Source: Octopus bimaculoides (taxonomy: Eukaryota). From it: a stretch of 64,000 nt of DNA. Positions 24,086 through 37,160 of the stretch are shown in pieces. The stretch is taken from assembly GCF_001194135.2 (NCBI RefSeq), contig NC_068990.1, positions 36,302,376 to 36,366,375 of the forward strand. Reading direction: 5' to 3'. The position numbers and the translations under genes were made by a program. Position 1 is the first letter of the stretch; each line of letters opens with the position of its first letter. Below the pieces are notes generated by a model. It was not told the DNA's origin. It searched no databases and worked only from the letters and a program-made list of their open reading frames with translations.

Positions 24086-24374
24086 CTGGATATATACATA
24101 TATGGGGGGGGGTGTATGCGTCCGTGTGTGTGTGAGTACAAAAATATACAAATATGTATAAGCATACATACGTATATATAAGTGTATGTATATGTACATG
24201 TGTATGTACACACACTCATATATATGTAATGCTGGCGTTATCATTTGTAGCCAGCATCAGTTTGACTCAAGACATTATAATACAAAGAACTGATACGGCT
24301 GTGTGTAACAAAACTATTGTGTACACACACACTACATACATACATACATACATATATACACGCACAGATCCACA

Positions 24375-25745
24375 CACATAAACCAGTACATTTCAGTAAT
24401 TATTTCGTAATTTGATAAACCAACTCTAGTCTAACAAAAAAAGGGTATTTTAATAAAAAAAATGTGCGCTCATGTTCTTGATAAGCTTTCTTATATGATT
24501 AACTCACGAATCTTCCTTCAGCTTTGACGATTGCTTCCACACAGGACCGGAATTGTTGACATTCATCCACTAAACGTTTCTTATTGTTTTCAGACATCAC
24601 CCAGACAATGACAGCCTATAGGGAAAGTACGGTATAGTGAGGATATTGTTTTCTTTCTCTTTCAATAACGATCTAAATATAGTTGTTCTTGGGGATTTAA
24701 TCTAGCGAGTTTGAAGACCACAAGTCTGTCGTCCCAAGATCGTAATGATTGTCTAAAATCTTGGGTAATGTGAGCTTTATGAGAAGGTGCTAAATATTGT
24801 TAAAACACGCGTGGCCTTCTACATACTTCATCCAGAGCTTAACAGCTGCCTCCAACTCCTCAACATGTCTAACAGCATTAAATCTAAGATGCCCTGGGTG
24901 ACATGGCATGACCTTTGTTACCACTCCTAAAACCATCTCAGTTGTTGAAAACTTAGTGTGCATCAAAAAGCTCTGACAGTAACCATTTGACATTTCTCCT
25001 GTTAGACTTTTGGGTTTGCTTGAACGTTTTCTCATTAGAAGAGAACCAATGTATGCCATATTCTTGAAAGGTTCTAACCTCATTAAGTAACCGCTTGACC
25101 ACTAGCGTAGTTAGAGTGTGTGTCGACTGGGGCAGTCCTTCCGTTTGCTGCCCTCGATCACTACAAAAAACATATATTGCCTACAGCAGACCTAAAAGCT
25201 AAAAGTGCCACCCAGGGTGGACCACTCCTACCGCCCCCTATTAGCTACACTAGTTCGCTTGGCACAGATGAAATGGTTTTCCTCTGTCCTTTCAGACATG
25301 CATTGACCTCTCTTCAGTACGGACGACTTGTATCAAATGTTTTTGTGTACAACAGACCTAATAATCCACTCCTACGCCGGAAGTTCTTTGTTGATGGATC
25401 CTATTGATATTTCGGGATCACCATTGATGTTTTGAACATATTGGATGAATTGCAGCGTCTTTACAATGTCCGAGTGTTTGAAATGTTCTCCCCTCCTCTC
25501 TCTCTCTCTCTTTTATACATTTGAAACATTCCCGCCAAAGGTTTTCAGTTCCATCTGAATGTTGTATACAAGAGATTTTACAACATTTACAAAGTTGGCA
25601 ATTAGTAAATCATTGTGTTCTGCTTATATAGCAACAATGACTTTCCATTTCTTAGCATTTTATCTGCCACAAGAAGATCTGAAAGAAATATAAATATTTT
25701 GATTTTGAAGAGACTTATGATTAGGTGTCCTCCAATGCCTTTTAC
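24375..25745 (-). mobile_element. Decayed Tc1/mariner-superfamily transposon (maT/DD37D-like)
   Basis: Remnants [87 protein letters not shown] and ECQQFRSCVEAIVKAEGRFVS*. The catalytic Asp positions are mutated. Confidence 0.8.
25100..25255. mobile_element. hAT-type MITE (156 bp) nested in the transposase
   Basis: Flanks CGCTTGAC at 25092-25099 and CGCTTGGC at 25256-25263 (7/8). Ends CACTAGCGTAGTTAG and TTAGCTACACTAGTT are an 11/15 inverted match. Removing it rejoins ..CAKR/LLN.. of the transposase. Confidence 0.7.
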
Positions 25746-25819
<74 letters not shown>

Positions 25820-26571
25820 CATACACGCGCGCGCGCACTTATACATATACACGTGTGCATGTATACATTCATACATACAAACGTTTGTGTGCGTGGGTGT
25901 AAGCGCGTTTGTAAGACTATCGATCTATCCGAATATCCATATATATTTATCTTCACTTTTTTCGTTACTTTCTTACGTTACTCTTTCTGCCGTGTTTGCT
26001 CCCTTCCACCCCTATCTCTCTTTCTTGCTTGGCAATAAACTCTTGTATTTGAAAGCTACGGTAATTCCTATAACTACTATTCTCCGTAACACATTTATTA
26101 CTGAAAACGTCACCCATATGTATTTTAATTTCACGACATTTTGACTTTGTCCAGTTTTATTGACTATACATGTCTACACAGCATTAAAAAAAAAAACCTA
26201 TGTGAACACTAATTGTTCAAACACCTTCTTCCGTCTGGTGAAGCTATATTTTTGTACATGTCTGCCAGAAACATACTCATAGCGATAGAAGTTTCAACAT
26301 AATCGTTTCTTCATGTAATAATATTAATCCATCTTAATGAATTGAGGGTTGTGATAAAATTTTTTTTTTTTTAAGTGTCAAATGATTAATTTATTATTAT
26401 TATTATTATAAAACAACCGTATCTTCGTTACTCTTGAAATGCTTTATTTTCTTTGTGTGTATGTTTCAGTATTTAAAAAAAGTGTAATTTCAAAAACTAA
26501 ATGCACATGTGTTGTAATTTATGCATTTGCTAATGTTACCTTGTGTATAATTGCTCCTGGTTCTTCTTTAG

Positions 26572-26643
26572 CTTCGGAAAGAAATGACAAGTGATGCAGA
26601 AAATGAATCGTTAAAACAACAGAATTCCATTTTGAAAGAGTGA
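26572..26643 (+). other. Weak candidate terminal coding exon (LRKEMTSDAENESLKQQNSILKE*)
   Basis: CTAAT branch-like motif at 26530, a pyrimidine tract and AG at 26570-26571, then a short coiled-coil-like peptide in non-repetitive sequence. No homolog recognised. Confidence 0.2.
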
Positions 26644-27354
26644 TATGTAATCAAGGGAAGTCACTCTTCTTTGATCCCGTATTATGTTACTGTAAATGTT
26701 TGTTTTGATTATATAAGCATGAATGTACCATGCTAAGACGACGTCTCAAGATTATGTTTAAGCAAAAGAAATGTTTTCTATTCCACATGTGTTTCTGAAA
26801 AGTTGAGCAACGAAAGCGTTTACACGCAATATAAAAACTTCTTTCCATAAGATTCCGCGTCGATGTGGTTTTGTAAAAAATAAAATAAAGACATCTAACT
26901 ATTTAAAAACTTTTAAGAAAATCTCTTCTCTCTCTCTCTCTCTCTCTCTCACTCACACACACACACACACAGACTCAATGAGTATACACATAGAATGAGT
27001 ATACACAATGAGTATACACATAGAATGACCACGTGTAGGCGTCTTTTTAGCTTCACTGTTCTCATTTGTGATATTTTAGCCAAACAGAAATTTCTATCAA
27101 TCATTGGCTAATTTTCTGTAAACCATTTTAGTCTATTCAAAGGGACACACAACTTCTCACACCCTTTCTTCTTTCTTCATAGCAGTTAACTTCTACCATG
27201 ACTTCGTTTAGATTCAATAAATCTTTATACTTTAAACTCACGTACGATTTCTGTGTATGTAGAGGATTTCTGATATTGTAAATATTTCAAAAGGAATAGA
27301 TCAGGGAGATGGTCTTTTTGTAATATTGTTAATTTTGACATTAATTCTGTTATC

Positions 27355-28963
27355 CTTTCTTTAAACAAAGATCCAATGGCTACATATTAGGAGGATGTAC
27401 AACCCTTAGAGTTACCAATGTGTCCAATAAGTTCCATTTGGATAACCCAAAAGTCTATGTTGAAAATGTTTACAGTGCCAAAATATCAACTGGCACTATA
27501 AGAACATTTTCAGCTGATATAGGAAAGGAAGTTAGCCAAAGAAGTTCCGTATTTGATTATTCAATGAGTAAAATCTGCTCCTCAAATCCAAAACCTCTGC
27601 ATCAATGGTTTCTTTATCTCTCCTGTTCCACACAAAGAATGCTACAATTATCTAGGCGTTGATTAAAATATATCATACGAAGGTGCTATGTGCAAAGATA
27701 GAGTGCTCGAGAATATTGTACCACACTTAGAAAAATATGGCAGTCGAAGCTCTCCTCTTACATCAAAACAATAATTCTACAGTACATTCACTACCAATGC
27801 TGATACCAACGTTTGAGATACTAGACTGGTCTGTAGAGGTAATTCAGTCCATAGACATTAAAACCTGAAAATCCTGACATCAACTGGAAACTGCTATACA
27901 AAGAGCAATATCAACAAGCTCTAGCTGAAATTAGTACGGACAACCTTCGAATGTCGTTTGTATTTCATTGTCAGCACCAGCTAAACAACAACAACAAAAT
28001 AAATTCATAAACTTTGTGTTGCAAAACCAAGAGGACAACAGCCAACGTATCGGCAGTGAGCTCCCTAGGAAATACTTTCTTCTTGATGACCTCACATACA
28101 TCCTGTAAAACATCCGGACTAACAAATCTCAAAGATGAACGGGATGTGAAACGCGTAGCATACCAATTAAAACAATTTTTTAATAGACTATGCATGGGTA
28201 CATTTCTCGAAGTCTTGATTATGACACTAACATATATACGAAATGCAGGCTTTCTTGGACTTGCAACCGCTACATCACATCACATCACACTGCAGGCTCT
28301 GTGTTTGCAATCCAAGAGCATGAGATTGCTACAAAATATCTGATAAACAAAGCGGACAGTAAATCCCTTAGAGCTCTAAGATAGATGCAACAGAAAATAT
28401 CGATTATGTCACATTTCTGTGGAAGACATCACAAATAATCAACAAGCTGCCCAAAAATGTTATCAAAGTACTACGCCATCACGCCTACGCCATGACTTTG
28501 TCGCTAAAACAATATACAGTGCCATCCGAAAAACAGAATGTTCTGGCATAAATATAGAGAATCCACTTGTTATTGAATATATCCATAAACATCAACACAA
28601 GGAATATTGTTGGAACTAGGTGCAAATATAACAGAGCGGATAGATATGTTTGGGACAGACAAGAAAACGTATGTATTGCTAAAGTTCCTTACTGGTGTCA
28701 ATATTGCTTCGAAAATCGAAGAGGAACTGGATAACTAAGGACATCTGCTTCAAAAACTCCATCTATTATTGCTAGATTATAAATTCATATTTATACCAAT
28801 AATAAATGGTGCACTTGGATCCGATAGTGAATGCCTACGTGACAATCTGGAAAAGCTGGATTTTACAGAAAAAGAAATCAACCGACTGACTCGCACAAAC
28901 CAAACACAGTCTGTAAGTGGAACAATAAAAATATGCAAGAGTTGCCTCAAGTTCAATACGTGA
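27355..28963 (+). mobile_element. REL-type LINE 3' portion (RT end, zinc knuckle, endonuclease), YYLP-type family, degenerate
   Basis: Remnants FHLDNPKVY (FxDD-like), QEHEIATKYLINKAD, VEDIT/..RHDFVAKTIYSAIR and YKFIFIPIINGALG..TQSVSGTIKICKSCLKFNT*. Confidence 0.8.
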
Positions 28964-29604
28964 CGTGGTTTTTGTTGTATACATTTCAACAATGGCGTTT
29001 GGTATATTTGTATGAAACTAACTCATTCCTTATGAGAAAAAATTACACAGATACACAAATACAAACACACACACACATTTATGTATAAGGATATATGTGC
29101 CAACAGGTGAGAATGCTAGTGACCCTTATCAATTTAATATGTGTGTGTATGCATGTATGTATTCATGTTTTCATATCTATACTGAATGTCTATGTGTGTG
29201 TGCGTATGTGTATGTGAGTGTATGTATGTGAGTGCGCGCGCGCGTATGCATGTATAATGAATAGGTTAAATGATCGTACAGACTCGGAAAAATATTGCTT
29301 TTGTAGTTGAAAAATTACTTTCTTTTTGGCAGGTCGAATTTTTTACAGTTGATTTTTGCTTTATAGTTTGTCTTTGATAGTATGTCGTGTTTTATACTAT
29401 ATAGGGTATCCATGGAATATGCAAAGATATTCCGGTGACTTTCTTTTATTGTCTGCCGTTGTCCCACGATTTGATTAATTGTCATGACTTTCTGCATTAA
29501 AATTTTCCAAATCTGTATACTATCGTATATATTAATATGAAACGGATTAATTTATTAAGATAAGAGTTTCAATTTCAGATATATATAAATACACATGGTT
29601 TCTC

Positions 29605-29645
<41 letters not shown>

Positions 29646-30564
29646 TATTCAAACCTACACACACGAATACTTATAAACAAACTTATATACATACATGTGC
29701 GTGCATGTGTGTGTGTGTGTGTATTTACGCATATATGTCAGTGTAAATTAGAGTGCAGTTTTTGCTTGCACCTTATCTTGCAACGTAAAATCAATATGAC
29801 AGACAAATCAATACCAATATATTAATGAAAATAAAGATTTGAAATAGCAATATATGCATACATAAATATACACATACATACATGCATACATACATACATA
29901 CATACATACATGTGTGTGCGTCTGTGTGTGTGTACCTGCGTGTGTGCGTGCATATGTATGTATATATGTATGCATGTATGTATGCATGTATGTATACACA
30001 CAGATATATGTACGTATATTTCTGGGATAAGTTAAGGTATTGCTTGAGTTTTTTAGTTCTAATTTACTGAAGGTAAAAAAAATCTTTCCTAAATCTAAGG
30101 TATGTCAAAACCAACCTAAATAATCCGTTTTTTGGGGTGTTGTTATATATTTAGGTATCAATATATAAAGGCTTTGAAATAATTAAATATATTGGTAAAA
30201 ACTCTTGTCATCAATAACATGGAGTAGATTTAAAATATCTAGTCCATGTTATCAGAATTTATAGTCTATCGCCTAATAAAGAGATGTTCGATAAAGCAGC
30301 ATTCTCTAACAATAGCACTTTTATCAAAAGCTGCTTCAAAGAAAAGACTAAATGCTGCCTATCTTTCTACTACAAGATTCAAAATAGGCTCCACAAAAAT
30401 CAGTTGATTTACCACTCATTGTCTTTGAACTGAAAATAAAACAAGACAGGAGAAAGACTGCTGGAACTGACTGAGACAAATTTTTTTTTCAAGAATCACA
30501 GTAATAAATCCAAATTTAATAGAAAATGAGATATTTACATGAAGTAGCCACTCAAATATTGCCT

Positions 30565-30768
30565 TCAAATCATGGCACAAGGCCAGCAAGTCCAGGGGAG
30601 TTAACTAGATCGATCCCAGTACTCAACTGGTATTTGTTTTATTGACTCTGAAAGAATGGAAGGTAAAGTTGACCCCAACGGCATTTGAACTAAGAACACA
30701 AGATGTACGAAAACGAAATGCTCTGAGGTATTCTGTTTGGCATGTTAACGATTCTGCCAGCTTGCCAT
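30565..30768 (-). mobile_element. SINE B, degenerate
   Basis: Aligns to the other B copies (AACTGGTA..AAAGTTGACC..TTAACGATTCTGCCAGC). Confidence 0.75.
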
Positions 30769-30967
30769 CCTAGCTGCTCAAATATTAAATGAATTTTACG
30801 CAGCAAATCTACAACATTTACAGATATATGCACCTCTATAGAAAGTCATAAGCCTTCCTGGCTACACTTGCAACACAAGAACAATATTATATGAAGTAGA
30901 ATGCAACCTCCAAAACACTACAATGATGGATCAGTGGATATCATATAATGCATGGGATGACCAATGG

Positions 30968-31021
<54 letters not shown>

Positions 31022-31717
31022 TAACCATACTGTCTCTTTTTTAAATAAAGAGATAAAAAATGAACAAAATAAGACATAAATAGCTATGCTGAATTGCCAT
31101 TAATAACTAAAAGAAAACACATAAAGACTATACAATGAAGTAAAGAAATGCAGAGAAACGTAAGCTATATATCAATGAAAGAAAAATACGTGTTATGTAC
31201 AGAAGATATATCTAGGCTATTGCAATTTACAAAAGCCTCCGTAAACTATTTGAATGCCTACAAAGAATATTTCGGTCCTTAAAGACAGTTAAATTTTTGT
31301 TGAAGTTCTTTTATCACAAAATTCAAGATGTGAAATTGTGTTGAAACAAATATTGCTATATTTGGGGATGGTTATTTTTCTTAATAAACACACACATTAT
31401 TTTGTGTTCACTTAAGCTTTATTATTAGTAGTTTTTATTTGTTTGTCAAAGTTCTTTTGTCACGCATTCTGTGTCCTATTGAATGACTACTTTCCAACAG
31501 AAAGTCAAGATGGAGTAAATATGATAAGGCCAGAAAGAAGAGCAGACACAGAGAAGAAGAACAAGAAATCATTGAGGAGGTCGGAATGTGTGACAAAAGA
31601 ACTTTGACAAACAATATATAAGAATAAATATGAAGTGAAGGTCAGATAGTGTGTGTATTTATTGGCAAAATGACTGTTTCCAAATATAACAATATTTCTT
31701 ATCACATTATTATTATT

Positions 31718-31825
31718 GAGCTGGCAGAGTCATTAGCATGCTGGACGAAATGTTTAGCAGTATCTTGTTCATCGCTATGTTCTGAGTTCAAACTCCGCCA
31801 AGGTTGACTTTGCGTTTCATCCCCT
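31718..31825 (+). mobile_element. SINE B 5' part
   Basis: GAGCTGGCAGAGTCATTAGCA..GAGTTCAAACTCCGCC..CTTTGCGTTTCATCC. Confidence 0.7.
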
Positions 31826-31930
31826 CCCCCAAAGTTGTTGCCTTTGTGGAAAACTTTGAGACTAATAGTACAAATATTATTATTATTATTATTATTATCA
31901 TTACTATTATTATTATTGTTGTTGTTGTTG

Positions 31931-32485
31931 AGTGAGAGAGCAGTGCATGCCATCAAAGTGACATTAGGGTACAATTATATGAAGCCCAATATACTCATCA
32001 TGACTATCTGTCTGATAAGGTTGCACCAGCCACATGCATCACAACCACACATGCACGGCATGATGATCTCATATAAAGATAAATAGCACATGACTTTGCA
32101 GATGTGGCCCAGTTAGAATTTTCTTCAGGTTGAGTAGCCCATCCCACTCAAAAGATTCCGGAATAAGGTTTCTTTAAGGATGATGAACAAAACACCCATG
32201 TTTCCAGAGGAGAATTATTCAAACAACAAAGAATTCCTCTCAACACATGGCTATGATGCTCCCCCACTACTTCTGCCTGTGATCAGAGATGCACATATCA
32301 TCAGCCACTAAGGGACATGCTCAACTGGTTAAGGTCAAACAATTGACAAGCAAATCTGTGGTATTGAGCAGAATATTTGCTGTAGCCCATCTTTTATACC
32401 AAGACAAAGCGATGTACATGATAACACTTCCTATCAGTTAAGATAAGAAGCCATGAGAGTCACTGCCTGGTACTGCACCCAGGCA
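31931..32485 (-). mobile_element. ~555-bp non-coding retroposed element with an (AAC/AAT)n tail and no tRNA head seen
   Basis: Bounded on both sides by ATT/GTT triplet tracts, with no ORF. It has a terminal hairpin GCCTGG-TACTGCAC-CCAGGC. I recall it as a common octopus repeat (unverified). Confidence 0.5.
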
Positions 32486-33603
32486 TTATTATTATTATTA
32501 TTATTATTCAGTAGTTTTATTTTTATAACGTGCTTTCACTTCACTACCGAGCGCAGCTCTGTGCGCCTTGGGTATGTGCTGTGGTTTGCTGTGGTGCTCT
32601 TATGTTTACTGTATTGAAAGTGTTTTGCGTAGAATGTGTGCAGTACCCAGTAGTGCAATTTTCTGTATGTTATATATATTTGTAAGTCCTGGTGTTTTTG
32701 TTATGTATTTGTCTGAATATTTTTTTATTATACCTAAGGCACCTACTATGATAGGAATTGTTTCTGTTTTTAGATTCCACATTCGAGTTATCTCTATTTC
32801 CAGGTCTTTGTATTTTGAAAGTTTTTCCATTTCTTTTAGAGAAACNNNNNNNNNNNNNNNNNNNNNNNNNNNNNNNNNNNNNNNNNNNNNNNNNNNNNNN
32901 NNNNNNNNNNNNNNNNNNNNNNNNNNNNNNNNNNNNNNNNNNNNNNNNNNNNNNNNNNNNNNNNNNNNNNNNNNNNNNNNNNNNNNNNNNNNNNNNNNNN
33001 NNNNNNNNNNNNNNNNNNNNNNNNNNNNNNNNNNNNNNNNNNNNNNNNNNNNNNNNNNNNNNNNNNNNNNNNNNNNNNNNNNNNNNNNNNNNNNNNNNNN
33101 NNNNNNNNNNNNNNNNNNNNNNNNNNNNNNNNNNNNNNNNNNNNNNNNNNNNNNNNNNNNNNNNNNNNNNNNNNNNNNNNNNNNNNNNNNNNNNNNNNNN
33201 NNNNNNNNNNNNNNNNNNNNNNNNNNNNNNNNNNNNNNNTTAAAAATCCTTCAGTCTCTGCTTTGAGTCCTGAGCTTCTCAGCCATTGCTGGGATTTTTC
33301 TCTGTCTATTTCTTTCGCATTTAGTTTAGCCCAGTATTTACCATGTAGGGGCTTTTCTTGCCATCGTTTTATCATGGTCCGTTGCTGTTCTAGTTTTAGT
33401 TTGGATTTCATTTGTTTTATAGCTTTTGTTGTTTCTTCTTCTTCTTCTTCTTCGTATTTGTTAGGTAGATTGATTTCTTGTTTGTATTTGTCAGCTTCCT
33501 TAAATACTGAAAACAGTTTTTTTGTTTTGCTCGTGTCTTGTGGCTATTTGTATTAGTTTCCCTTGCTTCTGGAGTAGGTATTTTTGCAGTCCTATGGTGG
33601 TCT
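32485..33603 (-). mobile_element. 5'-truncated, relatively young R4/Dong-like LINE
   Basis: KRWQEKPLHGKYW..QWLRSSGLKAETEGFL [gap] KYKDLEIEITRMWNLKTETIPIIVGALG..IQKIALLGTAHILRKTLSIQ*, then a 3' UTR and (AAT)8 at 32485-32508. Confidence 0.9.
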
Positions 33604-33737
33604 ATTATTATCATTATTATTATTTTCATTATTATTATTATTATTGTATTATCATTGTTATTATTATTATTATTGTTGTTATTATTATTATTATCATTAT
33701 CATTATTATTATCATCATTATTACTATTTTTGTATTA

Positions 33738-33769
<32 letters not shown>

Positions 33770-33810
33770 GTTATCATTATTATTATCATTATTATTATTA
33801 TTATCATTCG
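33603..33810. repeat. Long imperfect (ATT/ATC)n microsatellite
   Basis: Directly visible. Confidence 0.95.
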
Positions 33811-33949
33811 TTCATCTAATTACATACAAGCAAGTGATATTTTTGAGTTTTCAATATGATATATATAAACACACAAATATGGGAAACAACAAGCTTTAAA
33901 GAAGTTTTAGAATTAAAAAGATGATTAATGATCCTTTTATTATTTATAT

Positions 33950-34200
33950 GTCCCTCTTTGAGGCAGTAACAAATCCATTACTTGGAAAGATAACTAATTC
34001 AGATCGTTCTTCAAATTAGAGAAATAAGTCACAGCAGCAATCAACTACATAGAGCGACACACATTGAATAACAGCCCAATCTATTTTATAACTGTTAGTG
34101 TTATCATTCTTTACACTCCAGATATATTTGAAGAGTGAAGTGTTGTAACCATTTACTACTTTTGGTCTCACAGGTAGAACTTGATCAGTTAATACTTTAG
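33950..34200 (-). mobile_element. Penelope-like element, GIY-YIG endonuclease C-terminal remnant
   Basis: NTSLFKYIWSVKNDNTNSYKIDWAVI..CDLFL..RSELV resembles the TxLSKYIWxLK..I.W.I..C.LCL.E..NKRSELV tail of Penelope ORFs. Confidence 0.5.
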
Positions 34201-34517
34201 GAAAAAGATGTGTGTCACTGTGAGGGCAGATAGGCTTGTTACAAAGAGAAGAGTTTTGCATGTTGTTTCGGGAAGTAGGAAAATTTTTGATGCATATTAT
34301 TTTGATTTAATATTATATGATATCCTCGTGTACATCAGAAGTACAATTCGGCTTCTAATAAAATATGCACTTTATATATTGAGTATTTGTGTATGTGCAT
34401 GTGTGTGTGTGTGTAAGATATTATGCTATGGGATGGAATGCCAGGCCTCAAAGCTGTGAAAGCAATTGTCTTAACTGCACTGTCATGTCTGTCTTTCTGT
34501 ATGTATGTATGAGTGTA

Positions 34518-34571
<54 letters not shown>

Positions 34572-35967
34572 CGTATGTATATATGAATGTTTGAATGTAT
34601 GTTTGTATGTCTGTTTCTATTTGTATGTAAATGTAATATATTCATGGAACTAAGATGAATGTTATTGGACAAACTACTAACATTTTAAGGTAACTACATT
34701 AAAGATAGTATAATAAAATAAAATCTGCAGTAAACAAAACCATAAAATGACATAAAACAACAGCAATAGCAACAGCAACGACATTGCAACAGTTAATGAC
34801 TGAATGATATGCAAGATATCATGGTGGTAAAAGTTCAGAACAGTAAACATAATAACTAGAAACATGAAAACTGATATATATATGTGTGTGTATATGTGTA
34901 TGTATATATGTGTGTGTATGTATGTAAGTATGTATGGATGGATGTATGTATTAGACAAAAGAATAAAATGTCTTTCACCACAAAATACCATTTAAATTGC
35001 TATTGTGTGTCTAAAACTATTTTTAAGAAATGTAAAACAAAACTAAAGAATTGAATAGAAAACCCAATAAAAAAAATAAAAAAAAGACAAAGAAATGCAC
35101 ACAAGAATATAAAATTAAATGGAGAAAAATAAACGAATAAAAGCGGCAGAAAAGAAAACCAGAAGATGCACAAAGAATTTTAAAAAGCAAGGAAGAAATC
35201 TTCCAATTTCATCAGATTTACATTTTTTGTAGCTGGTTTCTGAAAGGTTTGCCAATTATATATTTCTCACACACACATGCAAATGCATACACACACACAC
35301 ACGTACTTCCATCTCTCTATCTATGTATATACAAACATATATATATATATATATATGAATGTATATATATATACATGCACGTATGTATGTGCATATGTAT
35401 GTATGTATGGATATATATGTGTGTGTGTCAGAGCTTTGATACTGTAAGACTGAAATTACAATGAATTTATTGTTGTTGTTGTTGTTGCTATTCTCTAGCC
35501 TCAGGTTGAGCCTAGCTTTAAAACATCCTGTCTTGTTTCCAAGTATAACGTGTCTAAGATTTTGTAGTCATTGCATACTTTAAAATAAATAAAAGATATC
35601 TATAAAAATAAATGTATTTAAATAAAACGTTTTATTTATTATAAACTCTAAAGATATATTTCATGTTTTTGTTTTTATACTCATGCAACAATTTAAAGCA
35701 AATAAAAATATTTATTAAAAAATATGATTACAAAATATATTTATATGTAATTTATGATACTAGATGTAACAACACTAAGGAGGGACATAGTTACTCCATA
35801 CTTTTGTTAGACACTATATTAGGTTCAAACACAGTCAGTCAGTGTTGGTTTTAGATATGACTATGTATTACAACCAGGCATGATATATAGCTCCTATTAT
35901 AAAGATTGAAGGGATATTTTGATGGTGATGCGTTTACCATATCGAGAAGAGAAGTTCACATCTTGAC

Positions 35968-36406
35968 TTACTCTTTTACTTGTTTCAGTCATTTGACTGC
36001 AGCCATGCTGGAGCACCGCCTTTAGTCGAGCAAATCGACCCCAGGACTTATTCTTTGTAAGCCTAGTACTTATTCTATCAGTCTCTTTTGCCGAACCGCT
36101 AAGTTACGGGGACGTGAACACACCACCATCGGTTGTCAAGCGATGTTGGGGGGGACAAACACAGACATATACACACGCATACATATATATATATATACAT
36201 ATATATACGACAGGCTTCTTTCAGTTTCTGTCTACCAAATCCACTCACAAGGCTTTGGTCAGCCCGAGGCTATAGTAGAAGATACTTNNNNNNNNNNATC
36301 CACTCACAAGGCTTTGGTCAGCCCGAGGCTATAGTAGAAGATACTTGCCCAAAGTGCCATGCAGTGAGAATGAACCTGGAACCATGTGGTTGGTAAGCAA
36401 GCTACT
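35968..36406 (-). mobile_element. SINE A, near full length
   Basis: Its reverse complement aligns over its length to 8881-9266. About 49 bp are duplicated across the 10-N gap. Confidence 0.85.
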
Positions 36407-37121
36407 TTATTTCATTACATTACATTATTTCTTTCATTACCACACAGCCACTTCATGTGTGTTTTCTATTTCTACTAATGTGGTCCCTATATTTTAAAAA
36501 ATAGTTCATTAGAAATTCATTGTGGCAGATTTGGTTGCTATATTGTGGTTTATAGGGTTTCTTTTATCAATTACAGTGGGTCTAATCATTCACTGTATTA
36601 GCCCCTGTTTTAAAGGTGATTGAATGAAATTTTATAGAAGAACAGTTGGTAGTGTTATATTATGAATGTTTTATTGACTTGTGTGGTCATTAAAGGTACA
36701 GATGAAACGATGTAGGAGACAAAATCAATCCTTGGGATACACCACATTGAATATATGTAATAGGGAATTTTGTTTTTAAGCTCTAACAGATAAAAGATAG
36801 ACAGAGACTAAAAGTGTTGTGTCAATGCTCCTAGGCGAAGAAGTAGGATCTCCCAAGATATATAAATAGAGGTAGTCTGGCCATGGTAAGTGTGTTGAGT
36901 AGCAGTTGAGTAGATAATTTTAATCAGGGTTGACCCGGGTTTAGAAAATAACAATAACTACTGAAACTACAACAACAATTGATAAAACAAACACAACAAA
37001 TATGAACAACAAAAATGAAAGCAAAGACAGACTCAGCAGGATTTAAACATGGACATAAAAATCCATAGTTAAATGCCACAAGACAATTTGTATAGCATGG
37101 AGCTTCTGATTCTATCATCAC

Positions 37122-37156
<35 letters not shown>

Positions 37157-37160
37157 TGAT

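Noticed and set aside
29315-29497. Faint RT-like peptide (..SIKHDILSK)
   Set aside because: Too short and degenerate to assign.
32425-32485. Resemblance to U2 snRNA (TATCAGTT.. and CCTGGTAyTGCA..CCAGG)
   Set aside because: Only two short patches, much closer together than in U2 and antisense to the element's inferred direction. Chance is likely; an Infernal search with the U2 model would settle it.
36835-36885. 51-nt segment between CCTAG and a strong GTAAGT donor
   Set aside because: There are stops in all three frames and the pyrimidine tract is weak. It could only be a non-coding exon, and nothing supports that.
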